From assembly GCA_951406725.2 (NCBI GenBank), contig OX597820.1, positions 59,520,001-59,584,000 on the forward strand: a stretch of DNA of 64,000 nt, written 5' to 3'. The position numbers were made by a program, and so were the translations under genes. Every line of letters begins with the position of its first letter. Within the stretch, counting starts at the first letter, position 1. The DNA is from Octopus vulgaris. Its lineage: Eukaryota. The notes beneath the pieces are model-generated. The model searched no databases and was not told where the DNA came from. It worked only from the letters and a program-made list of their open reading frames with translations. Shown one piece after another: positions 14,385-27,500 of this stretch.

Positions 14385-14783
14385 GCATGTGTGGACCTAA
14401 CTGATTAGGTCCGTACATTTTTCCATTACCATAGGATTTTCAGTAGATGGAATGAAAAATTAGGTTAGCTTAAAAAAACCATCTGTTCCTCATTGGATTA
14501 TGGTGATAAACGCTTGTACAACACGAGTACCACTCTTTGAATCTCCGTGATTTGTACCTAGTGACAGACCAAGACCACTTCCTAAACTCAGGTATGTCCG
14601 TGCAAACTGTTCCGAGAATCCAAGAAGTTTCTGTGCATGAATTTGCTTTCAGTGGATTAAGTGTTGCACGATACTGAACCCACTTTCCAGCGTAACCAGC
14701 TATAAAACACCAATGGCTCAACAGACTAGAAACCACCCCCGCACACACATACACACACACATCTACGTTAAATTGATACAACC

Positions 14784-14829
<46 letters not shown>

Positions 14830-14954
14830 TGCATGCGTACGAAATCCACACGTATGAATAGTGTACTTGTTTGTTATTTTAGTTTAGTATATTTATGCGT
14901 GTGTATGTATGTGTGTTTGTGCATAGCCAAACGGTTAAGATGTTTGTTTCGAAA

Positions 14955-15340
14955 GTGGCTGTGTGGTAAGTAGCTTGCTAACCAACCACATGGTTCTGGG
15001 TTCAATCCCACTGCGTGGCATCTTGGGCAAGTGTCTTCTGCTATAGCCCCGGGCCGACCAATGCCTTGTGAGTGGATTTGGTAGACGGAAACTGAAAGAA
15101 GCCTGTCGTATATATGTATATATATATATGTGTGTGTGTGTATGTCTGTGTTTGTCCACGTAGCATTGCTTGACAACCGATACTGGTGTGTTTACGTCCC
15201 CGTTTCTTAGCGGTTCGGTAAAGGAGACCGATAGAATAAGTACTGGGCCTACAAAGAATAAGTCCCGGGGTCGATTTGCTCGACTAAAGGCGGTGCTCCA
15301 GCATGGCCGCAGTCAAATGACTGAAACAATTAAAAGAATA
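14955..15340 (+). mobile_element. tRNA-derived SINE, same family
   Basis: GTGGCTGTGTGGTAAG..GGGTTCAATCCC head, (TA/TG)n, tail GGTGCTCCAGCATGGCCGCAGTC. Confidence 0.85.
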
Positions 15341-15584
15341 AGTGTCTCACTATACTCAGAACTACATTACCTAACGACTGTTCCTTTTAAAAAGAGAGAA
15401 AGGTGTGAGTTTTGAGAGATAATCTTTTGTTATTTCTCGTTGGTCAAGTGAGCACGCAGAGTCCTACCTTATTGACGCCGCAGGTGGCGTATTGGCAAAA
15501 TCGGCAGGACTTCACACAAAATTGTAGTGGTTCTTTTATATTCCGAGGTCACACACACACATCGGTTGTATCAATTTAACGGAG

Positions 15585-15800
15585 CGGCGAGCTGGCAGAA
15601 ACGTTAGCACGCCGGGCGAAATGCGTAGCGGTATTTCGTCTGCCGTTACGTTCTGAGTTCAAATTCCGCCGAGGTCGACTTTGCCTTTCATCCTTTCGGG
15701 GTCGATAAATTAAGTACCAGATACGCACTGGGGTCAATATAATCTACTTAATCCATTTGTTTGTCCCCTCTGTGTTTAGCCCCTCGTGGGTAGTAAAGAA
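15585..15800 (+). mobile_element. Second SINE family
   Basis: GGCGAGCTGGCAGAAACGTTAGC..GAGTTCAAATTCC..GTCGACTTTGCCTTTCATCC; degenerate copies at ~13150, ~32315, ~32530 and ~36130. Confidence 0.75.
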
Positions 15801-16544
15801 ATATATATTCCGAGGTCAAATCTCACTGCAGTTAACTTCGTCTTTCATTGTTCTGAGGGTCGAAATAATAAAATACCATTTTACTAATGGAGCGTTTTTA
15901 ATATCCCTATAATGCATCTTAGATGTGAATGAAATTATAATAGAATGACTGGAAGTGCTATATAGCAGGTTTTATAATGTAAACATGAATGTACGAAACA
16001 TACTATGTAAAAAAGAAAAAAAAAAACGTTCCAGTCCCCAGATTATATTTGCGGTAGTGTACGTTTGTTTTATGAATCTGTTTGTGTTGGTATATATTTG
16101 TGTTTTTTAGTAATTTTCTGAGCAAGGCAAGATAGAGTTTGTGTGACTGAGTGTGTTTCTTCACCTCTCAATGTATATTTAAGTGTGTGGATGTGTGTTC
16201 TTTTCGATTGTACGCAGTTCTCAGCTTATTTCTTTGTGTGGGTATGCGTGTGTGTTTATATGTTTATCAGTGTCTGTCCTCTTTTGAGCGCTTCTGTAAT
16301 GCGCTTTCTATGTGTCTCTCCCACTCTTCGTATGTGTGTATGTGTGCGTGTACGCATTTTTATATATGTGTGTGAGGGTGTAGGACATTTTTTTTCCACA
16401 TTTCTGCTTTCATCTGGTAGTGTATGTGTACGTATTTATATGAATGCGCTTAGGAATGTAAGGAAAGCGCCATAGCAACGGTAGGGGGTAAAAGATAGAC
16501 AGTGTGAGACATATGTAAAGAGTAAACGAGAGACGGAGCGAGAA

Positions 16545-16592
<48 letters not shown>

Positions 16593-16841
16593 GGAGAGTG
16601 AGAGAGCAGTTGCCCACCCACGTTGAGCTCTCCTCCCTTCCACTCCTCGGGCTATTTGGATAGCTACATGGTGGGTTGCAATGATGATCGTGGTGATAAT
16701 GGTAGTGGTGGTGATGGTGGTAGTATGGTAAGTGAGTGAGAGCAGAGTAAAAGCTTTGTTTGGACGATGTGTGTGTGTGTAAAACAGGCTGATATGGACT
16801 GGGGTACATACGTACGCGCGTGCACACACACATGCTCATGA

Positions 16842-16901
<60 letters not shown>

Positions 16902-17619
16902 GCGCGTTGGGTTTAGAAGATTTAACAGTAAAAGAGGGCAGAAAGGATGATAGGAAGTAGAGAAGAACTAATGGATGAATTTCTGAAAAAAATACTTACA
17001 ATGCAAAGAACACTGTTTTCTCATAAACACACGCATACAAACGCATGCACACATACACACACTAACGCACGCCCGTACACGGGCACACATACACACATAC
17101 TTAGACACACAGGCATACATATTCACTTTGCCAACGTAACAGCAGTAAAACCGGTGTCCTTCTATAACCCTAGGTCTGTTTTGACCAAGCAAGCCAATGA
17201 TCAAAGACATTACAGCAGAGATAATCTTTTCTTTAGATATATCAAAGACTACTTCACAAAATGTGTCCTTGTTGTTGTTAAGCCCCATGACAATGCTGAT
17301 TGAGTTGACTTATGATCAAAATCATTCTAGCCACAACCACACTCTTTTAGAAATATGTAAGACTATGTTATCTAATGTAAAATCCTTATAGGTGCATCTA
17401 CATTATGCGCATACATAAAAGTAATTGCAGTGAGCTTAAAAACCAGAGGAGAAAATCCCTCGCCACGCATGCGCCCATCCTAATTTCCTGTCATTTACCA
17501 CAGTGTCAAAGCTCGTATTGACTAAGGGAGAAATAGCAACATTTTTCTTAGCCGCGAAAAAGAACTTTGTGCGAAACGTCAGAAAAAAGTCTTATTAATG
17601 ACATACAATCTTTAAAAAA

Positions 17620-17835
17620 AACTTTAAAATTTACCTATCACTTTCGAGAGCACATACAAAGCGTACTTCTACGTATACCAGACCAACCTGTCGCCAGCCA
17701 CTTCAACACAACAAACAGGCCATTCCATCATTCATTTATCAGTGTGCAGCACCTATGTTCCACATACTCAAGGAAACGTTTCTAATTCGAACTTGCTCAC
17801 CGACAAGTTTAAATGAACGTATTTCCTTCTACTTC
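17620..17835 (+). mobile_element. Penelope-like GIY-YIG endonuclease C-terminal fragment
   Basis: FREHIQSV..PDQPVASHFN and ..SLNERISF resemble the end of Penelope/Neptune ORFs; followed by a pyrimidine-rich 3' tract. Confidence 0.65.
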
Positions 17836-18194
17836 TGTACCTCCTCATACTTCAGTAATCCATTTCTTATCCTATTCCATCCCTCACCGCATTTTTACCT
17901 TTCTCCACTCTCTCGCCTCCGCTCACTCCTCTCCTCACTCAATCCCTCTTTCCTTTTACCTCTCTTATCTAGTTTCTGTCTCCTACTATTTCCTGTCCAC
18001 CTAAAAGCTCCATGAACCTGTGCTCCTTATCAGTTGCAGCCAGTTTTTCTAACTTAGGGATGCAAAACCCTATTGTCTCTTTTTAATTTCCCTCCTGTCA
18101 ACTTTTACTTGCAGAACAACACTGAAACGCTGAATTTTCACTTCCTACAACTCTTACGATATATATATCTATGTATATGGATATATAAGATATA

Positions 18195-18601
18195 TACATA
18201 CATTATTAGATATGTATATCTATACACAAGTATACTACATGAGTACCTATATCGCTAAAAAATAGAAGTCGGAAAATAATTCTGTACCACCGAATGATCA
18301 CAAATCTATTTGGGGAAGAATGTTAGAAGTAATTTAGCTGGCAGACTTTGGCTGATGAGAAATCGGCCACCCATTTGGCACTAAATTTCGAAACCGGTAC
18401 CAGGTTGACCAGCGTTTACTTGTTCTGACCCAGTAGAGGCAAGACATTATTATTGTTCACTGATATTTTTTTCTATTATGTCTGTAATAGATTTGTGATT
18501 ATTAGGTGGTACAGAAGTATTTTTCGACTTGTATCTTTTAGCGATATAGGTACTCATGTAGTACCCTCGTGTATAAATGTACATATCTAATATTGTATGT
18601 A
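18195..18601. repeat. ~110 bp inverted repeat enclosing a hammerhead motif (PLE-like cassette)
   Basis: TACTACATGAGTACCTATATCGCTAAAA (~18233) versus TTTTAGCGATATAGGTACTCATGTAGTA (~18536); also ATCACAAATCTATT/AATAGATTTGTGAT. Confidence 0.85.
18347..18404 (+). ncRNA. Minimal type I hammerhead ribozyme motif
   Basis: TTTGG-CTGATGA-GAAAT..ATTTC-GAAAC-CG-GTA-CCAGG; canonical core, palindromic ACCGGT stem III. Confidence 0.75.
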
Positions 18602-18692
18602 TATATTTTATTAATTTGCCTGTACGGCTGATAATTCGCTTACCACTCGTGTTGGTATTTTAATAATGTCATCCCTATATAATTATTCATAT

Positions 18693-18756
<64 letters not shown>

Positions 18757-19580
18757 ACATATATGTACATATATGGGTACAGGACTTCACCAACAGTAAA
18801 CAACATAAAATGCGAAAATAAATGAGTTAAATCCGCAAACAACGAGAGAAAAAAGGAAGACAGGACAAGTAATATAAAGAACGACCCTTCATCCGTTATC
18901 GGCTATCTATCTACTCCTTATTTCGAGCATTGAACGACAATATAAGTTTTCGAAGTCAGTTGCTCCCGTAGATACCAAAATAAAATTTTGGATTTATGGA
19001 GGGTCAAAGTTGGGAACAAAAACAGGACAGTGAAGATATACAAGGAAACCGAACGAAAACAAACATGGAGGGTCGTTAGACCAGAACGAGGGTAAAATAG
19101 AGAACACCTGAGAAATATTTTCTTTGACAAGAGAAAAGAGAAAGATATAGAAGACGTCCAGTCCTTTGGACGTCCTGAAGGAAAAGATAGATGGTCGGTG
19201 GTCATATGTGAGCAACGAGAGAGAGAAAAAGAGAAAGAGGGAGACAGACAGGCAGAAAACGGTGAAGGGGAGAAAAGGGAATTAGAGAAGGATGGGGTGG
19301 GGGATGACCCCTAAATCTCTCTCTCTCTGTTTATCTCCTCGTGTTCCTTTCTGTTGAAGAGCTTAGGCTTGAAACATAAAGCACTTTCTCACCTTCCCGA
19401 GTGTCAAACTAATACACCTGCTTGTTGTTTATACACCTATCTTCGTCTTTTGTTTTTCTGTAAATTTCAACTATATCTGTGTGTGAGTGTGTGTGTGTGT
19501 GCGTGCGTATGTATGTATGTATTATGTACGTAATGTATGTATGTATGTATTTATGTATGTATGTATGTATGTATCAGACT

Positions 19581-20702
19581 CGAAAAAACTGTTGACATGT
19601 ACCAACCTGCCCCTGGTAAGCAGTATAGGGAACCAAATATCTATGTGTATGGTAAACGACTTGATGTAGTTGATCAGTTTGTCTACCTGAGAAGCACTGT
19701 TAATAGATACAGCAATTTGGATAGTGAAATTCCATACAGAATTAGGAAAGCCAGTGATGCTTTCGGAAGGCTAGAAAGGCGCCTCTGGAGTCGGTGAGAC
19801 ATATGCAGGAATACAAAGATAAAAGTGCACAAGGTGTGCGTGCTTTCTTCTCTTCTTTATGCCTGCGAGACCTGTGGCACGTATCGATACCGCCTTAAGC
19901 AGCTGGAACGTTTTCATTAGATGTGTCTCAGACGGATCTATGGCATTAATTGGGAGGACCGCATTAGTGATCTTGAGATATTGGTGTGAAAGCATAGAAG
20001 CTCTTGCGTTGAAGCAAAGGCTCAGATGGAGTGGTCATGTGGTCAGGATGAAAGATTCAAGGATGCCAAAACAACTCCTTTATGGAAAGTTAGATTAAGA
20101 ACGACCTCCACATAAACCAAAAAAAAAAAAAAAGAGGCATAAAGACTTGCTGAAGGCTTCCTTGAAAGATGCTAGCATCCCTCCTGAAAAATGGTAGGGC
20201 ATAGCTAATGACCGTAGCAGATGGGGGGGGGGGGGGCAGCTACTTTTGAGAAATCTTAAGTTGCGCATGAGAAAGTAAGGAAGGATATCAGGAAGGGCAT
20301 CGGTGTTGTACTTCCAGACGGTAAGGGTCTTCCTATGACCCTGACATGCAGTGTCTGTGCAAGACTCTACCTCAGTCAAGCTAAGCTCATGAGTCATCTT
20401 CATAAAGCGTGACCGATGATTGACTACCAAGCTGCTGGTGGTGGTGCTACACACCATACTAATCATATCTGTCGGGCATTTGGAAGGGAGTGTGATTCGG
20501 CGGGAGGACTTAAACGACATGCAAACGTACATGAAACCCGATTACAATTACAGCCGGCTATTGCTAGTAAAGGTTTTAGCTGCCAATTCTGTCCAAGACA
20601 TTGTAGATCTTTAGCTGGGTTAAAAAGTCACATTCGATCACAGCACCGTTAACAGTTAAGCCTCGTGCAATGGCCATACTCGATAACAAGGGGGCAGCCA
20701 TC
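19581..20702 (+). mobile_element. 5'-truncated RTE-clade LINE with a 12 bp TSD
   Basis: YQPAPG..VDQFVYL..RIRKASDAFGRL, LRWSGHVVRMKDSRMPKQLLYG; TSD ATGTATCAGACT at 19569-19580 and 20703-20714. Confidence 0.9.
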
Positions 20703-21279
20703 ATGTATCAGACTACTCCGTATTAGTCTGGGTGCGCTGACGTTGAGAGAATTTTTGTTTAGCAGGCAATACAAATTTAGCGAATTTTCAGGATAGAAAA
20801 TTTTCCAAAATGTATCAGCACTCCAGATTTCAGTTGATACAAGTCTTCAGCTTCCTATACATTTATTGACAGGCTGCAAGCCGACATCGTACTTTGATTT
20901 AAAAATTATGCCTAATTTTCTGGATATTTTCTAGGAAATGAGCCACCAGAGATTTGACATCAGCGAAGAGAGTTCACATACAGCGGCACTGCCAAATGGA
21001 TCCTTAGTTAGGTTCAATAATTCATTACCCACTTTTTTACTGATATTCATTCGACCTACGAGTTCACTTGGCCGCCCTTTCAAGTACGGCATCTAGAAAT
21101 AATGCTAATAATTAGAACGAGTGCTTGGCTGTTCTTTTCTCCATGGGCGACAAGAAAGGGAACCGAATTGTGCCTCCCAAGAGAGATCGTGGTAGACATA
21201 CCAGTCCGAAACAACTAGCTTATCGTCACAAATTTGAGTGGGACTCGTTAGCTAGCTCTTCTCACAAACTTTATGGCAA

Positions 21280-21680
21280 CTCTTCACACCGAGCTCTTGA
21301 GGGAAAGCTAATCACTTTAAAACATGAACTGAGGATGATGAGCGAGAAATTCCGCTATCGTTAGCGAATTTTTGAACAAGCCAGTATCAATCGCAAGTTT
21401 GCTTCCAACCCACAAATATTATACAGAGAGATGAGGAAGGAAAATATTACCATTAAGAAATCTCCATCCCAAAAAGATCTACAATCATTCTGGTCATAAA
21501 TTTGAAACGAAAAGAAGGTTTTCAACCTGAATGAATCATGGTTAAATACAATTGAGAGAGAATACTGTACCAACACTAACAGTAAAACATACAAAATTGA
21601 TGCAGAAACTTTCGCTATAGCAGTAGATAAACTGCAGAATGGGAAGGCACCTGGAAGGGAAATAATAGTTGGATTTTTTC
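21280..21680 (+). mobile_element. R4/Dong-like LINE fragment (pre-RT region)
   Basis: INRKFASNPQILYREM..FWS..NESWLNTIE..LQNGKAPGREIIVGF, the same region as 6559-6840. Confidence 0.65.
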
Positions 21681-22208
21681 TTGGTTATATATATATATAT
21701 GTATTAAGTGGGTCTCTATGCATGTACGTTTGTATGTATCTGAAAAGCAAAGCATTAACGATTACAAGCACTAATTCAAGGTGAGGAAGGACTGTAAGAC
21801 TCACTATATTAGACATAAGCAGAAGTAGCATATCCCGATAATGTTAAGTGGCTGATGAATTAACTGTAAAACAAGTAAGATGCTCGCAAAGAATGAACAG
21901 CACAATTTAGATAGCAGATAAACATTGGAATACCTAATATGAGAAAGAGTCGCTCGCACGCTGCATTGTAATCTGTGACAAGGCCACCCAGTATGTGAAA
22001 GGACCGAGATAGCGTTCCTTCTGCAGGGTTGTTATTCCTTTAAATGTCAAATTCGATGTTAATATAATTTGCATTAAAATCTAAGACAAAATGCAGCATG
22101 TCATAAGTGTGGTGCACTAATGTTCAAAAAGTTATTAGTGGGATCCCAAGTGCACTTTAAAGGTGAAATACTCTCTATGTGTGTATATGCAGAAAATGTA
22201 TGTGTATG

Positions 22209-22240
<32 letters not shown>

Positions 22241-22244
22241 CATG

Positions 22245-22299
<55 letters not shown>

Positions 22300-22322
22300 G
22301 TATATATATATATATGTATGTA

Positions 22323-22356
<34 letters not shown>

Positions 22357-22529
22357 CATGCATGTATGTATGTATGTATGTGTATGTGTGTGTGCATGTA
22401 TATATATATAATGACTTACATAAATTTTATTCAAAATTACTTTCTATGATATCATATATGCACACACGCACATGCATCCACACACAGACACAGACACACA
22501 CAACACACACATACATACGTATACACATG

Positions 22530-22589
<60 letters not shown>

Positions 22590-23790
22590 TGTGCGTGTGT
22601 GTATATATAATATCATAGAAAGTAATTTTGAATAAAATTTATGTAAGTCATTTTTAACACGTTCGAGTGTATTCGGACGTAAAAAGACCTTTCGCCACGG
22701 AAATGGTCTCAGAAGAAAATTCTCCGCCTAGGCATGTCAGTAAGAGAAATATTTGCTTAGTGAACCAGCCCCCTCCCACACACACACAGACTCACACACA
22801 CACACGCACCGGTTTGAAGAATAGGCTCTGTCTACCGAAGCTATACACAAAGCATTGGTCAAACCGAGACCGTAAGTCGCAGAAAATATATCTCCGAAAT
22901 AACGCGCAGAGTGCAAATCTAATCCTCAACCACGTGACCTTCATAACCGTGCGGTCATGTCAAGCACTTGTGCTTTGGTTTATTTTAGCTATCACGGCCA
23001 AGGTTATTCTAGAACGCTGCCTTCATATTATATGATTATTATAGAACTAGACAATATACATACACACACACACACACATATGTGTATATATATATTCATA
23101 TATATATATACATATGCATATGCATATATATATTTATATATACATATGATATATATATATGATATACAATTTTATCTAGGGCTGCTATTACCTCATGTCA
23201 CAGCTCGTTAAACATGTCAGAAAAAGAGAGAGGACAAAAATGAGGGAGAGGAAGAGTAAGAAAAACAGTGCTGCTTAACTTCATATATATTACGTAATTT
23301 TCTCCTTTAACTAATTGTGAAATCTACACACCGTCGTGTAAACTTATAGCGAAAATTGACTGGTTCTTATTTGTTTTCGTTGGTTTTTAGTCATTGGACT
23401 GTGGCTGTGCTGGAGTATAGCCATCAAGAACTGTATACGAACACAGTGACTCCGGTATTTTTCAGAACACTCGCTCAGTTTCATTGCTCAGCACCTTGAG
23501 CATGTGTCGTCTATTATAGCTCCGTGTGTGAATTTAGTAGAGACTGTATGGAAGTCAGTCGTATATACATACACACACGCACGCATATATATATACCGTT
23601 GGCGATTTTTTTTCCTCTGTCTTCTCTTCTCTGGATCTTTCCTTCTCCTATGTTTCCGGCGAAGAGCTCCGCTCGAAACGTTAAACCCTCCTACTTTCCT
23701 TCTTTCCTGAGCGTCCAATAATACTATATTTGTTCCACGTCCTCGCGTTGTTGTGTTTTTTGTGCTTTTTTTGTGCTTTCTTGTTTGGAT

Positions 23791-23853
<63 letters not shown>

Positions 23854-24370
23854 CTTATAAAATAAAATAAGGGCAAAAGAAAATATTATTCTAATGCCGA
23901 ATATGCCCAAAATAGACAAATTGTTAATAACCATTATAATTTATCACAATTAACATGCGTCTCGAAACAAGCCGATAGAAATTTCTAAAAAATTCCGTTA
24001 TTACCGCATTGGTCCCAATTTCAGAGCTAATTCATAAGAATTTTCTCCTCCTCAGCGATAAATACGTAAGACATAAATGAAATACTTACTCATACCCATG
24101 GAAAAAGCGAGCACTAAGTCCTGAGCAGACCTAAGTACCCCAAATATATCCAAAATAGAAAATCTTCAGCACATCTCGAGACACGTGTGATTCGAACTAG
24201 AAACCTTCACAGAGTGATAGAGTCCGGAAGTGAACACTATTAAATTTATATCTAATATAGGATAAAATTTTTCTAAAAAAAATTTTTTCGAAAAATTTTA
24301 TCCTATATTTTATATATATATATATATATTATATATATATATATTATATTTTATATATATTTTATATATA

Positions 24371-24440
<70 letters not shown>

Positions 24441-24478
24441 AAAAAATGGAGTTAACGCAGGTGTAAACAAATATTTTT

Positions 24479-24564
24479 ACTTTCGACACATGTTTCGAAA
24501 ATTCCACTGATACTATTCAAAAGAATAAATGGTATAAACAATGCAATCTTCTCCTCAGGAAAGT
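24479..24564 (-). ncRNA. Type I hammerhead ribozyme motif
   Basis: Minus strand: ACTTTC-CTGAGGA-GAAGATT..AATTTTC-GAAAC-ATGT-GTC-GAAAGT; next to a long (TA)n. Confidence 0.75.
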
Positions 24565-25028
24565 GAAAAAAACGAAACTCGTCAATAAGACATTTTAGCA
24601 AAAAATGATGGATTTGTATAGCGATAGACAGAACGCTATTAATATTGTTAAAAAAACGTTATATGATATAACGTCATAAGTAGCTAACAGAAAGAGTAGG
24701 GATATTAATAGTGAATGTTAAATATAAAGGAAATTAAAGTTTAAACTATATATAATGACAGAGACTACTTATATAACAAATAGTGAGGGATTATCAATCC
24801 GGGCAAACTACTTCATAGGTACTCTGTTGGCACTTCAGTCTAACAATATTAGATTAGTGAAGAACTCCAGGTAATCTTTTGGTAGGATCCAAGGTTAAGT
24901 TTCATCACAATACTATATTGTAAATCCGTGGAAGGGCTCCAGACAAACTTGTTTTATACAGAGTGATATATAAGAAAGAAGTAAAAAATAATGGTCATTA
25001 TATATTTTTCCTTTATTGGAACAAATGC

Positions 25029-25087
25029 GGCTTATAGCTGTTTCCAGTAGTCGTTATAGGAAATTAATGCTACTTTCCGTCAGAGCC
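25029..25087 (-). ncRNA. Degenerate hammerhead motif (left arm of an inverted pair)
   Basis: Minus strand: GGCT-CTGACGG-AAAGTAG..CTACTG-GAAAC-AGCT-ATA-AGCC. Confidence 0.5.
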
Positions 25088-25278
25088 ATTTCTGGTTATA
25101 ACAAGCCGGAAGGAGAGAGGAGAAGATGGGAATATTAAAGTAGAATAAAGAACAGAGGTCTTGTAGAAGACCTGCCTTCCTCTGTGCTCTATTCCACTTG
25201 AATATTTCCATCTCCTCCCACCTTCTTCATACAATAGCCATTCATTCCCCCAGTGCTCTGCTTGTAATAACCAGAAAT

Positions 25279-25401
25279 GGCTCTGACGAAAGTAGCATCA
25301 ATTTCCTTAGGTCATTCAATTATCCTCAGTTGATCAATAGACCAATTCAGTAAACCTATCAGAAATGTACCTATAATGACTACTGGAAACAGTTGTAAGC
25401 C
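25279..25401 (+). ncRNA. Hammerhead motif with an expanded stem II loop (right arm of the inverted pair)
   Basis: GGCT-CTGACGA-AAGTAG..CTACTG-GAAAC-AGTT-GTA-AGCC. Confidence 0.65.
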
Positions 25402-25455
25402 AAATTTGCTCCAATAAAGAAAAAAATATGTAATAACCACTATTTTAAATTTGTT

Positions 25456-25491
<36 letters not shown>

Positions 25492-25773
25492 GGGTAACAG
25501 TAGAGACTCAATTCCGACTTAACGAGGCCCCTCAGTTTAAGTACCTCATTCAAATGTATGTACGCACTCGTGTCCAAGGCATATTCTATACACATGCAGA
25601 CGAGGTTCGAATCATATGAAAAAGAAGATGAACAGAATAACATGACAACTTGCTTATCGGGAAATTTCTAAGTTTGATTAATTTTTTTAAGTATCACCAT
25701 TATGGGTATTTATACTCCGGTGGAATTAAGAAATCAAGTCGTAAATAAGCGAAATCCTCGAATCCATAACTGT

Positions 25774-25843
<70 letters not shown>

Positions 25844-26034
25844 AGTCGCATATCTAAGTATGTATGTATGTACACACACGTATTTACACGCATAGGTACA
25901 CCATGATCTATACACATGCAGACGAGGGTCGATTCATATGAAAAAGAAAGTGAACAAAATAATATGACCGCTTGCTTATTGGGAAATTCTTACATTCGAT
26001 TTTTTTAAAAATTACATATTTTTTGTTGAAGATA

Positions 26035-26197
26035 ATCAAACCAAATGTTCATTTCAAGCCACTCACCCAATGAGTATTTCTGCCAAATGTAGTGAAAATC
26101 CGTTCAGCCGTTTTCCAGTAATTTTGCAAACATACAGGCAAACAGACTAAGACGAGTGACTACAATACCCTGCTTTCGCTTACGAGTGTAGGGTAAT
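26035..26197 (+). mobile_element. Possible Helentron/HINE-like 3' end
   Basis: GAAAATCCGTTCAGCCG, ACAG-like repeats and terminal hairpin TACCCTGC..GTAGGGTA. Confidence 0.4.
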
Positions 26198-27064
26198 AGC
26201 AGCGAGACTTTATTCCTCTGCTAAATCATACAATGGACGAAATAACACATCACAAATTCTCTTGGTTGTATAGTTTTCATTGTTAGGATAATTCAACTCT
26301 GGCCATCGTTGGTTGCTCCGTTGTATCAACAGGAAAGGATCATGGCGCATGCTCTAGGAAAATCTCTCACTTCTCTCGGCATAATGGTTTTACAACGCTA
26401 TTTATAAGCAAAAAGGGGCTCAAAGCGATGGTTCGGTTTAATCGCTTCAGGATGATTTAAGCGCAACGTATTGGGATCCGAGATCGATTTCTCGCGCAGT
26501 ACTCGACCAATCAAAATACAAGACTCAACCAAATGTTCCAAACTCACATGATAGGTCAAACGACCAATCATTAAAGATTAACGGATTGAGCCTCCTTGCG
26601 AATATAAAAGGTTAGTCGAACATAAAATGTCAGAAGAGAAATGAGTCTCGCTACACCAATATTAAATTAAAATATATTTGTTTATTCCAATACCTATTAA
26701 TGTGGATTGCGTTGATATCCAATTTATTCAAATGTATAAACTGCATATATATTTACGTTGTAAAGTGTCTATATTGCCACAACATGGATTTCTCTCTCGT
26801 GGCGAAATCATTTTCATATACAGAAAAGATACTGCATTGTTCATATATTACTAGAGCACCCCAACACACACACACGCACCAGACTTGCCAACCCTCAAAA
26901 GTCAAAAGTAATATAAATTCGAACCTGGAACTTGAATCAGTAGCGAGAAATGACAAAAAGTAGTGCAATATCCTCAAATATCCTAGCAGAGCGGGTATTA
27001 GTGTAACAGAAATTGAGATTCAATGTCACGTCATATCTACAATAACCAACGAAATGTAGTGTTT

Positions 27065-27500
27065 TTATTCTCTTAGTTGTTTCGGTTATTTGACTGTGGC
27101 CATACCGGAGTACCGCCTTTAGTGGAACAAATTGACCCCAGGACTTATTCTTTGTAAGCCTAGTACTTATTCCATGGGTCTCTTTTGCCGAATCGCTAAG
27201 TTACGGGGACGTAAACACACCAACATCGGTTGTCAAGCGACGGTGGGGGGGGGCAGGCACACAAATACATACATACATACATACATACATACATACATAC
27301 ATACATACATACATACATACATACATACATGTGTGTATATATATATATATATACGACAGGTTTCTTTCAGTTTCCGTCTACCAAATCCACTCACAAGGCT
27401 GTCTTCGGCCCGAGGTATAGTAGAAGACACTTGCCCAAGGTACCACGCAGTGGGACTGAACTCGGAACCATGTGGTTGGGAATCAAGCTTCTTACCACAC
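27065..27500 (-). mobile_element. tRNA-derived SINE with internal (ATAC)n
   Basis: Colinear with 13440-13855. Confidence 0.85.

Noticed and set aside
22680-22730. Minus-strand CTGAGA-CCAT..GTGG-CGAAA hammerhead-like motif
   Set aside because: The core is one nucleotide short and there is no clear stem I/III
19350-23725. Hammerhead-like TGAAGAGC..GAAAC at ~19355 and CGAAGAGC..GAAAC at ~23660
   Set aside because: The core is not CUGANGA and stems I/II cannot be closed convincingly; they may be decayed PLE ends
26500-26660. Two CCAAT boxes plus TATAAAA as a promoter
   Set aside because: No downstream gene or defined LTR boundaries; could be chance or a solo LTR
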